From the NCBI GenBank assembly GCA_045105515.1, contig JBGCDR010000018.1:1-11187 (forward strand): a DNA stretch of 11,187 nt. The letters are read 5' to 3'. Made by a program: the position numbers and the translations under genes. Below are positions 1 to 7,859 of the stretch, piece by piece (position 1 is the stretch's first letter; the number at the start of each line of letters is the position of its first letter). Origin of the DNA: Oligoflexales bacterium. GTDB taxonomy: Bacteria > Bdellovibrionota_B > Oligoflexia > Oligoflexales > Bog-1112. The notes under the pieces were generated by a model. The model saw only the letters and a program-made list of their open reading frames with translations. It searched no databases and was not told where the DNA came from.

Positions 1-42
1 TCGAAGAGTTTTCTTGAGTTTTTGTAGATATTCTGCGAGCAT
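1..42 (-). CDS. Possible 5' end of a gene running off the left edge (MLAEYLQKLKKTLR...)
   Basis: ATG at 42-40 on the minus strand, preceded by purine-rich AAGGTGCAGGGTA. The frame is open to the window edge but only 14 codons are visible. Confidence 0.3.
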   Translation of the reverse strand, partial: MLAEYLQKLKKTLR

Positions 43-47
43 TACCC

Positions 48-91
48 TGCACCTTATTTGTTTTAGTTTCGCAACCAAACTATAAGGTGCA
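48..91. terminator. Inverted repeat downstream of the protease gene; possible terminator or stabilising hairpin
   Basis: TGCACCTTAT (48-57) and ATAAGGTGCA (82-91) are a perfect 10-bp inverted repeat. An inner TAGTTT (64-69)/AAACTA (77-82) pair is also present. There is no clear U-tract. Confidence 0.35.
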
Positions 92-111
92 TCCTTCTTT
101 TCTTCAAGATT

Positions 112-942
112 TTAGATAGTTAAAACCCCGGTCACGCATGATCGTTTTTTGTAGGAATAACCTGACACGATTCCAACGATTTTGTCTTCATGAAGCATTG
201 GTCCGCCAGAGTCACCTGAAAGAACTCCTGTGTCTCCTTTTTCCTCATCTACCTTCCAATAATCAATCACTTGCTCTATTTCTATGACGTCTTTATGGTA
301 AATTTCTTGGGCGATTGCGTTTGTACCGGTACGCTTTCTCAAATCAATTATTTTCCTGCGGTTATATTTACCAAATCCAACTAATTCAATGATTTGGCCG
401 TAGGAAATTGGTTTGAAATTGATTTCGCGGTAACTGTCTGAAGTATTGTCGGGAAATACCACAAAGCCCACATCAAGTAGAAAGGCATGAATACTACTTT
501 CACCATGGGATCTTGCTTTCCTGACGTATTCATGATTCATTTGATAATCAATTGATCTCGCTTTGATACTGAAGCTGGTAATGGTCTGAGCATCAAAATT
601 AGGTTCTAAAATGGCAAAACTTGTTTTTGGTAGGGTGGGGTTTTGAATACAGTGACCTGCAGTAATCATTAGATTTGGTCTAACAAAAGTGCCTGTGCAA
701 AAGGATTTAGACTGCAGATTATAGAGTATATGAACACTTGGGAATTCTTGGTAATCAACAATATTTCCTTCAATTAACTGAAACGATGAGCTTTCTGTCA
801 TATTCTCGCAGCTCAAAGTTTTTCCGTTCATCTCACAGTTTTCTTTTCGAATAGGTTTTATGTTTTTATGCTTACACGCTACTAAGACCACTGAAAAGAT
901 AAAGGTGATCCAAATCATACTCTTGACCATTTTAAATCCCAC
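112..942 (-). CDS. Trypsin-like serine protease (peptidase S1 family), predicted lipoprotein
   Basis: Catalytic motifs CTGTFV...ITAGHC (His), LLDVGFV (Asp) and GDSGGP (Ser) followed by IVGIVS. The N-terminal hydrophobic stretch ends in lipobox VLVA-C. LIEG occupies the IIGG/IVGG mature N-terminus position. The start may be GTG 942, ATG 930 or ATG 918. Confidence 0.93.
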   Translation of the reverse strand: MGFKMVKSMIWITFIFSVVLVACKHKNIKPIRKENCEMNGKTLSCENMTESSSFQLIEGNIVDYQEFPSVHILYNLQSKSFCTGTFVRPNLMITAGHCIQNPTLPKTSFAILEPNFDAQTITSFSIKARSIDYQMNHEYVRKARSHGESSIHAFLLDVGFVVFPDNTSDSYREINFKPISYGQIIELVGFGKYNRRKIIDLRKRTGTNAIAQEIYHKDVIEIEQVIDYWKVDEEKGDTGVLSGDSGGPMLHEDKIVGIVSGYSYKKRSCVTGVLTI

Positions 943-971
943 TTTCTACAATTAGCTAAACTCCTGTTGCT

Positions 972-981
972 ATTTTAGCAT
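972..981 (-). promoter_or_regulatory. Candidate extended -10 promoter (TG-C-TAAAAT) for the protease gene
   Basis: The minus strand reads ATGCTAAAAT about 30 nt upstream of the GTG at 942, matching the TGnTATAAT consensus with one mismatch. Confidence 0.35.
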
Positions 982-1114
982 AATAGAATCTGGTTTATCA
1001 CTGTACATGGCAACTTAAAGTTGCTTACAGAGATTTTTGAAGTTGTCAAACTAGACCCATAGGATTATTCATTCTTAGATCGACTACACCTAACAGCCCG
1101 TTCTTTCTGTCCCA

Positions 1115-2341
1115 ATGGTAAAGGAGCTATCTCAAGTGAATCGTAACTATGTTAGTTTAATTCTCATCTGTTTTATCGGATATCTTGGAGTTGCATTACC
1201 ATTTCCTGTTCTTGCTCCGATGCTCTTATCGGATGTGGCAGCTGAGCAGTTTGATTTTTTGGGTTTGTCTAGTGAGTTTATGCTTGGTTTAACACTTGCT
1301 ATATATCCTTTAGGGAAATTTGTGGGCGCTCCATGGCTCGGGACCTGGTCAGATCAGATTGGGCGTCGAAAGGTCCTACTCATTAGTTCTTTATTAACTG
1401 CAATTGGTCATTTCGTTTGTTCTCAGGCTATTATTTCTAATAATTTTGTTTTGCTTATTGCTTCGCGCTTTTTTACCGGCCTCTGGGAGGGCAATATCGG
1501 GATCGCAAGAGCTGCAGCCACAGATATAGTGTCAGAGGAAAATAAACCAATTGTTTTTGGGTATTTAAATGCAGCTATCACAAGTTCTTATATAGTCGGG
1601 CCTTTAATAGGAGGTTTTTTTGCAGACAGTAGCTTTCATCACTACTTTGGTTCTCATGTGCCTTTTTTTATTGCAGCAAGCTTTTCTCTGGTTTGTATGG
1701 TGATTATAGCAGGGTTTTCAGAAACTCTGCGAACAGAGAAAGCAAGAGATCAGCCAATTAGAAGATTTGCATTTATGAACTTAGAGAATAGAGCATTGCT
1801 ACCTTTATTATTTATATGTTTTTTGTTCACATTAAGTTTTGATAGTTTTTTTCAGTTTTTTCCTTTGTATATGGTGAAAACATTTTCGTTTAAAGAATTT
1901 GAAATTGGCTTAGTAAGCACTGTTCTTACTATTGCGATGGTTCTCACTCAGACTTTCTTAATTAGAGGTTTCAAAATTGGTGACTTCGAAAAAATCGTGC
2001 GTTGTGCTGGCTTGTGCTTAGGAGTTGTGTTGCTAACTATGTTACTTCTTGAAAATTTATATGCTGTGTTCCTGTGTTTACTTATGGTTGGTTTTTTTAT
2101 AGGCATACTTGAAACATTTTTGCCAACGCTGTTCTCAAGTCGTTGCAGCTCGAAAGAGCAAGGAAGAGCAATGGGTCAGCTTATGTCGTTTAGGTATTTG
2201 GGTGATTTCATGATTTGTTTGGGGGGGGGGAGCATGGCTGGGTATGGAGCTAGTTTTCCTATTTACATGTCGGCATCTATTGCGATTGTTGCTGTTGTGG
2301 TTTTTGGAATCAGTTATTTACGTATAATTCAAGATACTTAG
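1115..2341 (+). CDS. Major facilitator superfamily transporter, DHA1/TetA-like efflux family
   Basis: 408 aa with about 12 hydrophobic segments. MFS motif A (LGTWSDQIGRRKVLL), SRFFTG in TM4, antiporter motif C-like YIVGPLIGG, and C-terminal EQGRAMG. Confidence 0.93.
   Translation: MVKELSQVNRNYVSLILICFIGYLGVALPFPVLAPMLLSDVAAEQFDFLGLSSEFMLGLTLAIYPLGKFVGAPWLGTWSDQIGRRKVLLISSLLTAIGHFVCSQAIISNNFVLLIASRFFTGLWEGNIGIARAAATDIVSEENKPIVFGYLNAAITSSYIVGPLIGGFFADSSFHHYFGSHVPFFIAASFSLVCMVIIAGFSETLRTEKARDQPIRRFAFMNLENRALLPLLFICFLFTLSFDSFFQFFPLYMVKTFSFKEFEIGLVSTVLTIAMVLTQTFLIRGFKIGDFEKIVRCAGLCLGVVLLTMLLLENLYAVFLCLLMVGFFIGILETFLPTLFSSRCSSKEQGRAMGQLMSFRYLGDFMICLGGGSMAGYGASFPIYMSASIAIVAVVVFGISYLRIIQDT
2221..2230 (+). 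repeat. G10 homopolymer inside the MFS coding sequence
   Basis: Ten consecutive G in TTG GGG GGG GGG AGC (LGGGS), currently in frame. Confidence 0.9.
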
Positions 2342-2544
2342 GCGGCAAAATCACAATCCACTAATGAATTTTAGTCGTGTCTTGCGAATAGCTTGTCTTT
2401 ATAAGCACAAAAACTAGGCATTTATTTCAAATCATAACAATCATCCTAAGTAATTTTTGAGTATTTAATCGGTTTGTTAAAAAGCGTGTATTTTCTCACA
2501 CTACAGAGCGTACAAGAATGGTACTCAGCTCTTGGGAGAAAAAA

Positions 2545-2694
2545 ATGTGCTCTAAAATAAACCAACAGAAAGAATCTTTTCATAGTCCACCAATTGTTAG
2601 TGAAGGAGTATTTGATTTGCAAAATAAAACTAACAGAAGGCTTGATTCTAAACCAAAGAGGCCCTTTACGTGGCTACTGGTGAATGTGAGATAA
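2545..2694 (+). CDS. Small hypothetical protein, 49 aa (MCSKINQQKESFHSPPIVSEGVFDLQNKTNRRLDSKPKRPFTWLLVNVR)
   Basis: GGGAG Shine-Dalgarno just upstream of ATG 2545, TAA at 2692-2694, and an alternative in-frame ATG at 2518. It is below the ORF-track size cut-off and has no recognisable family. Confidence 0.4.
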   Translation: MCSKINQQKESFHSPPIVSEGVFDLQNKTNRRLDSKPKRPFTWLLVNVR

Positions 2695-2750
2695 ATTTTC
2701 ATTTAGTTTAGCATCGCAAACACTCTCTTTTACTTCTTATCCAGGAGTTT

Positions 2751-3791
2751 TTGAGAATATTATTTTTGAGGTTAAGTACATTGTTATTATCAATATTTGC
2801 AATTTTTATGAGTTTAATACTGATGTCAGGGACGATTATTCTTGGGTTCGCTGTACTTGGGTCATTTGCAGCTTGGGGGGTTATGCCCTTGATTGGACTT
2901 GCTTATTTGCTCAAACCAGCCAGCATAACTAATACTAAAAGTCAGGAGTGCGAAGTGAACTTGATTAATCTGGAACCAGATTCTTTAAAAACAGAAAAAG
3001 AGGATCATATTGTTAGCTTAACTGATAGAAGAGATGCAAAGGTCATAAGTTGCTTTTGTTCGAATATTATCGGAGTGGATATTTTTGAGTCCCAATCTAA
3101 GCATGTGGAAGCAGAAGTTTCAGACTTGCTTATAAATTTTAGAACATGGGATATACCCTATGTAATTGCAATTCAACAAAAAAGCCGACCGTTTTTTATC
3201 GACACTAAAGGCGTTGAAATGCACACATCAGGATTATCTCTCTTAGGTGAAGACAGAATAAATAATATAGTCCAGAATGATTTTAAATTGCTTGAAGGCA
3301 GGATGGTTAGAAAAAAGGATTATGACAATTTTTGGTATGACGTCTTCAATAGTGCTTTGTTTTCTTCCGATGAATATTGGAGATGGCCAGGGCATGACGA
3401 AACTTATTTTTCAGAAATACCATCTGAAATCGGAGTATCAAGATCACAAGATTTAATTTCATTGCAGGAAATTATGACTATGAAAATCAGAAGTGAAGGG
3501 CAATGCGCACGAGCCTTTGATGATTTCCTTGTTACCAACAAATTTACCATAAGATATGCTACCGCTACTCTAAAGAAACATTTTTTCGCGAAGAATGAGA
3601 ATGTATTCCTATCAACTGCAGATTTAGGTGATATCGATCTTGTGAATTGGGCTATTGGTCTTGATCAGAAGCAACACAAACTTGAGGTTTGTCCAAGGTA
3701 TGATCAAAATATCGTAAGTAACGAAAAAATAGGAGATTATTTGGATGGTTTCTTTGGCAATGCACCAGAAGGGAAAGTGTCTAATTCATAG
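2751..3791 (+). CDS. Hypothetical membrane-anchored protein (N-terminal hydrophobic region of about 55 aa, soluble C-terminal domain)
   Basis: 346-codon ORF in AT-rich DNA with AGGAG at 2743-2747. The TTG start is uncertain; an alternative ATG is at 2808. No family motif recognised. Confidence 0.75.
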   Translation: MRILFLRLSTLLLSIFAIFMSLILMSGTIILGFAVLGSFAAWGVMPLIGLAYLLKPASITNTKSQECEVNLINLEPDSLKTEKEDHIVSLTDRRDAKVISCFCSNIIGVDIFESQSKHVEAEVSDLLINFRTWDIPYVIAIQQKSRPFFIDTKGVEMHTSGLSLLGEDRINNIVQNDFKLLEGRMVRKKDYDNFWYDVFNSALFSSDEYWRWPGHDETYFSEIPSEIGVSRSQDLISLQEIMTMKIRSEGQCARAFDDFLVTNKFTIRYATATLKKHFFAKNENVFLSTADLGDIDLVNWAIGLDQKQHKLEVCPRYDQNIVSNEKIGDYLDGFFGNAPEGKVSNS

Positions 3792-3862
3792 TTAAGATTC
3801 ATGCGATGCCAGAGACCCATTTGAAGTGATAAGATGTGTGATGGTTGTAGTAAGGTAAAAAA

Positions 3863-4297
3863 ATGAAAAATTATATGAGTATATTGGTTGCTGTGGATCT
3901 CAACCTAAAAGAAGATGAAGAGCTTATACTTAAAGCTCTAAAGCTGGCTAAAAATAGCGATGCCAAAGTCTATATTGTCCATGTTGTTGATACGGCTGGA
4001 AATTATGGGATGGCTTCCCCCCAAATACTTTTAGATAGTATCGAAAATAATCAATCAAATGCCAGGAAAGTATTATCTGAACTTGGAGCCCGATTTGAAA
4101 TACCAAAAGAATCTCAAATTGTAAAAGTTGGTCTTGTTAAGGAGGTTATCGTGGATTTGGTAAAAAATATAAATGCTGACTTACTATTGATGGGTAATCA
4201 TGGTAGGCATGGAATCTTAGCTTCGTTTATTTACAATAATACCGTCAACCTAGTGAAGAATGTAGACTGTGATATGATCGCTGTATGGGTCGCATAA
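3863..4297 (+). CDS. uspA: Universal stress protein (UspA family), copy 1
   Basis: Y..ILVAVDL N-terminal strand, AKVYIVHVV, ADLLLMGNHGRHG, C-terminal CDMIAV; 144 aa; AAGGT RBS. Confidence 0.93.
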   Translation: MKNYMSILVAVDLNLKEDEELILKALKLAKNSDAKVYIVHVVDTAGNYGMASPQILLDSIENNQSNARKVLSELGARFEIPKESQIVKVGLVKEVIVDLVKNINADLLLMGNHGRHGILASFIYNNTVNLVKNVDCDMIAVWVA

Positions 4298-4553
4298 ACT
4301 GTTTAAAACCCGATAAAAACACGTAGCCTATTTGTGGAAGGGTTTTTTAACTTTCGTCTTCCCTTAAATCCATTTTCTAGAATGAATATCAGTTTTTAGC
4401 ATAATAGTTGAGGCGGTGTTTCTTTATATTTATATAGGCCGGTACTGGCAAACGCTAAGATTACGAAATAATGACATAATGTGAATCCTTCGAAGAATTG
4501 ACCTCTGATTTTGAAGGTTACTTACTACAAGGCTTGTAATTAAGGTTGGCTTG

Positions 4554-4642
4554 CAACAGGTTTTTAGCTATAAGATTTCCGCTACCTGGTTGGTAGCGGA
4601 TAAAAGAATTATCCGGCAGCATTATTTCCAAAATACCTGTTG
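4554..4642 (+). other. Structured intergenic segment with nested and competing inverted repeats upstream of the kinase gene
   Basis: TCCGCTACC (4578-4586)/GGTAGCGGA (4592-4600). Competing CGGATAA (4597-4603)/TTATCCG (4609-4615). Enclosing CAACAGGT (4554-4561)/ACCTGTTG (4635-4642). Confidence 0.5.
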
Positions 4643-4716
4643 ATAATATTTAGGAAGACTCAAATGTTGGTTTAGTATTGATTTTCATGGACAATGAATA
4701 AGAGGTCATTTTTCTA

Positions 4717-5883
4717 ATGAAATCGGTATTTATTTTAGTTGTTATTTCACTTTTTCTTTCTACAGTGTTTGTAAAGCATCAAAAGGAAAATGACCAAAAT
4801 AAGGAACTCAAAATTGGGGAAGACCTTATCTATAGATATATTAGCCAACCTAGTGTTTACAGATTAACAGAGGCTGGAGATACGGAGTCTATTAGGTCTT
4901 CAGCTAACTATTTTTTAGCCAGTAATGTGGTCTGTGCACTGTTTTTTTTCGATGGTAAGCTGGTTTCATCGGTAAGATCTTGCGGATGGATCATTCCAAG
5001 TATCGATAGGCAGTATGAGAATTTTTCCAATGGACGACATTTATGGAACGGGTATTTTACGTCGTTTTTAAGAATTGGAGATTTGTCTGCAGTTGCATTT
5101 TTTGATAACTCGTTTGATATGGGTTTATATTCTGGCATTCCCTACTTCACAACTATTTTGCCAATGATAAAAAGTGAAGCTGCAGATATTCTATTTTTCT
5201 TTATCGTCATTTCGATATTTTTTATGGTTATTATGAGAACTGCCAATGTATTTAATGAAAATAAAAGCAAAGGTCTGATTATTCATGATTTCTCTCATGC
5301 TTCTGAGGACTTAGTCCAGATTTCTAACTTAGTGCTGCAAGCTGAATCCCTGAAAATGGCATTCAAGGTAGCTGAAACTCTAAAACAAAAAGCTCTTTTG
5401 CAAGATGCAACATTGAATACATCCAATCCAATCTCTTCTGTGTTAAATCTCAAGGAGTTACTGGACAACTTCTTAAGTGGTTTTTTTGTGGTAAGAAGTT
5501 TATCCTGGTTGGAATATAAACCATGCCACAAAAATATATTTGTTGAGACTGATATTTTTTACTTTTATCGCATTTTGGTTAATGTTTTTGACAATGCTTA
5601 TAATGCGGTTTCAGAGCTTATGTTTAAAGATGGCGAAATTACCCGAATTAATATGGCAGTTTCTGAGTGCGATGATTATGTAAAGATATCAGTGAAAAAC
5701 AAATCCACTAGTAGATCATTGTATTATGTTAGGTTATTAAGATTAATCCCGGGCCTGTTCCCAAATAAAGGGATAAAAAGTTTAGAGAAAAGTGTTTCAA
5801 AGGTTAATGGTTATATAGATTTTATATTCGGTAGAGGCAGCATTTCAGTCGCTATTTTCATTCCAAAAGGAAGAAAATCATGA
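4717..5883 (+). CDS. Membrane sensor histidine kinase-like protein with atypical GHKL/HATPase domain
   Basis: Two TM segments (aa ~3-19, ~158-173) flank an extracytoplasmic region. H-box-like LIIHDF, N-box YRILVNVFDNAYNA, ISVKNKS in place of the DxGxG box, and C-terminal KGIKSLEKSVSKVNGYIDF...IFIP. RBS GAGGT at 4702-4706. Confidence 0.8.
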   Translation: MKSVFILVVISLFLSTVFVKHQKENDQNKELKIGEDLIYRYISQPSVYRLTEAGDTESIRSSANYFLASNVVCALFFFDGKLVSSVRSCGWIIPSIDRQYENFSNGRHLWNGYFTSFLRIGDLSAVAFFDNSFDMGLYSGIPYFTTILPMIKSEAADILFFFIVISIFFMVIMRTANVFNENKSKGLIIHDFSHASEDLVQISNLVLQAESLKMAFKVAETLKQKALLQDATLNTSNPISSVLNLKELLDNFLSGFFVVRSLSWLEYKPCHKNIFVETDIFYFYRILVNVFDNAYNAVSELMFKDGEITRINMAVSECDDYVKISVKNKSTSRSLYYVRLLRLIPGLFPNKGIKSLEKSVSKVNGYIDFIFGRGSISVAIFIPKGRKS

Positions 5884-6815
5884 ATTTTCTAGTATTGTTT
5901 GTTTTTAGTTTAATCTCCTTTGTCCCTATTGCTTATAGCGAGCCAGATCTCGATCGTAAGCGCATTATAATTATTCTTAGTCCATCAGATGGCGAACTTT
6001 GGTCCGATAAAATAACGGATGGATTTTCATCAGAGCTTTTTACTACTAAGTTAAAGTTTAGTAGGCATATTGTTGGCTGGTCATTTGATCAAGCCGATGA
6101 AAATATCTTAAATACCATAATTCAGCTTAAGCCGGATCTTGTTTTTTTCCCAAATGATCAGGTCTATAGAAGGTTTTCTAAAAAACTACCTGAAAAAACC
6201 GAGGCAGGAGTTATGTTTACCTCTTGTATCTTTGATAAATCGGAACTTAGTGATTTATCTGCTGGTAATGAGATGGGAGTTCTTAGCCTCCACCCGACTA
6301 AATATCTTATCGAACAAGCTAAAAAGATAAAACCGATTGAAACCTTGGGTATTGTCAGTGGTACAATTGGCCAGGAAGGCTCAATAAAGATAAAAGAAAG
6401 TCTTAAAGGGGTTGTAGATGTTGAGTTAGCGATAACCGACAATATTGACCTCTATCGGAAAAAATCTCAACAGTTTGCCAAAAAATATGATGCAGTAATG
6501 CCCATTTCTCCGCTGGGAATAAAAGACTCTCAAGGGAATTGGATCTCAAATGAATAGATGAATGCAGTTATTGAAGAAATTGATCAAGTAACTTTGGGGT
6601 ATGGTCGAATTTCTGGGATAGAGAGAACTATTGAAATAAATATAGATCCAAAATCTATTGGGAAAGCTGCTGCGTACGTATCATATAAATTTTTTAAGGA
6701 AAACAAGAAAATTGTTGAAATTAAGGAAAATAATGGCTTAAAAATTTCGCGAAAATCGATACAAAAACTAAAACTACAAATTCCCGTTGACCTAAAAAAA
6801 TATGTCCAGCCATAG
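5880..6815 (+). pseudogene. Periplasmic/ABC-type substrate-binding-like protein interrupted by a single in-frame TAG (6555-6557)
   Basis: Signal peptide (MNFLVLFVFSLISFVPIAYS). Alternating beta/alpha pattern typical of type I periplasmic binding proteins (KRIIIILS, IIQLKPDLVFFPND, IETLGIVS, C-terminal IDPKSIGKAAA...LKLQIP). ORFs 5880-6557 and 6558-6815 are in one frame (GAA TAG ATG) and join to about 311 codons. ATGA overlap with the kinase stop. Confidence 0.7.
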
Positions 6816-6891
6816 CTGGTAAGATTCTTTGCTAGAGTTTGTATTTAAATTAGCAAGTTTACTTTTATTGGGCATTTTTTCGGTATGCATT

Positions 6892-7521
6892 CTATTCATT
6901 GCGCCATTCATAGATAACTTCTTGCAGTTCGTCAAGCTGCTCAATGGTAGTTGTTACTATTTCTCTAAGCTCAGAACTGTTGTGAATTGTTCCATCTTCA
7001 AGCATTTTTCTTAATATTGACATTGATTCAAGAGCTTCTTCAATGGAGCTTTGATTTAGTTCGCTGCTCAGTCTTTCATTTCTCGATTGCAAATCCTGCA
7101 GATCAAATTTCCCTTCATAATCTTCAAGATTAATTATTTTATTGACGGAACCATTAAGCTTATCCATATGGCTCATAATTTTTTCCTTTAAAACATCTCG
7201 GGGTGAACTTAAAGGCAAACTATCCCGATCTTCCCCTTGATCATCGCTAGAGAGCTTATGCTCAGGCTTTCCAAAGCCAAGCATTTTAAATGAAGAAGAC
7301 AGATCCTTCTTGTTACTATTAAGCACGCTTCGAGGAGAATGCTTTTGATCGTCAAGAGTCTTTTTACTTGAACGAGGTGATAATGCAAAAAACTCATCCA
7401 TGCTATTAATACTACTCGAGTTCTGCCTTTGTCGGCGCCTTTTAGGAGATTGTTCGGTGCTCAAGGCAATCGTGCATGTGAAAATTAGAATAGTCGGGAC
7501 GATGAAATGGTAAGTTGTCAT
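6892..7521 (-). CDS. Secreted hypothetical protein: signal peptide, Ser/Arg-rich disordered region, coiled-coil-like C-terminus
   Basis: GGAG 8 nt upstream of ATG 7521 favours this start over TTG 7557. Signal-like MTTYHFIVPTILIFTCTIALS. The C-terminal half is rich in Leu/Glu. Confidence 0.75.
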   Translation of the reverse strand: MTTYHFIVPTILIFTCTIALSTEQSPKRRRQRQNSSSINSMDEFFALSPRSSKKTLDDQKHSPRSVLNSNKKDLSSSFKMLGFGKPEHKLSSDDQGEDRDSLPLSSPRDVLKEKIMSHMDKLNGSVNKIINLEDYEGKFDLQDLQSRNERLSSELNQSSIEEALESMSILRKMLEDGTIHNSSELREIVTTTIEQLDELQEVIYEWRNE

Positions 7522-7859
7522 TGCGTATTCTCCAAAAATAAAGTTACATTGTAACAACGAGCAGCCAGTTCAGTGTTAAGCTTGAAGTAATCGGAGTCGT
7601 TTAATATGGACGACCACATACAATGAACCAACGTATAAAGCCTATCAAATATTCATAAAATCCTACAGCCGATATAATCCCATTGTTTTACGTATGATAT
7701 GCAGGGCATCATTGTAAAAAAATTATAATCAAGAAGTTTTTTATACTACGTAGAAAGATTCGTAAAAAAAAAGAACCTATTAGGTTTGTATAAAAATAAA
7801 TTTAGAGCTTAAGTGGAATTCCTTTAAGAAACTCCCAATGATTAAGTAGGGCGAAGGAT

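Noticed and set aside
1115..2341. Calling the MFS gene tetA or another specific resistance gene
   Set aside because: Only family-level motifs are visible and there is no adjacent tetR. The substrate cannot be inferred.
4908..5531. Minus-strand ORFs 4908-5138 and 5295-5531
   Set aside because: Antisense shadows of the kinase gene with no recognisable motifs.
6139..6442. ORFs 6139-6330 (+) and 6164-6442 (-)
   Set aside because: Fully nested in the binding-protein gene in alternative frames, with no independent support.
6829..7397. ORFs 6829-7014 (+) and 7209-7397 (-)
   Set aside because: They overlap the better-supported 6892-7521 gene. The hydrophobicity of 6829-7014 is explained by T-rich antisense sequence.
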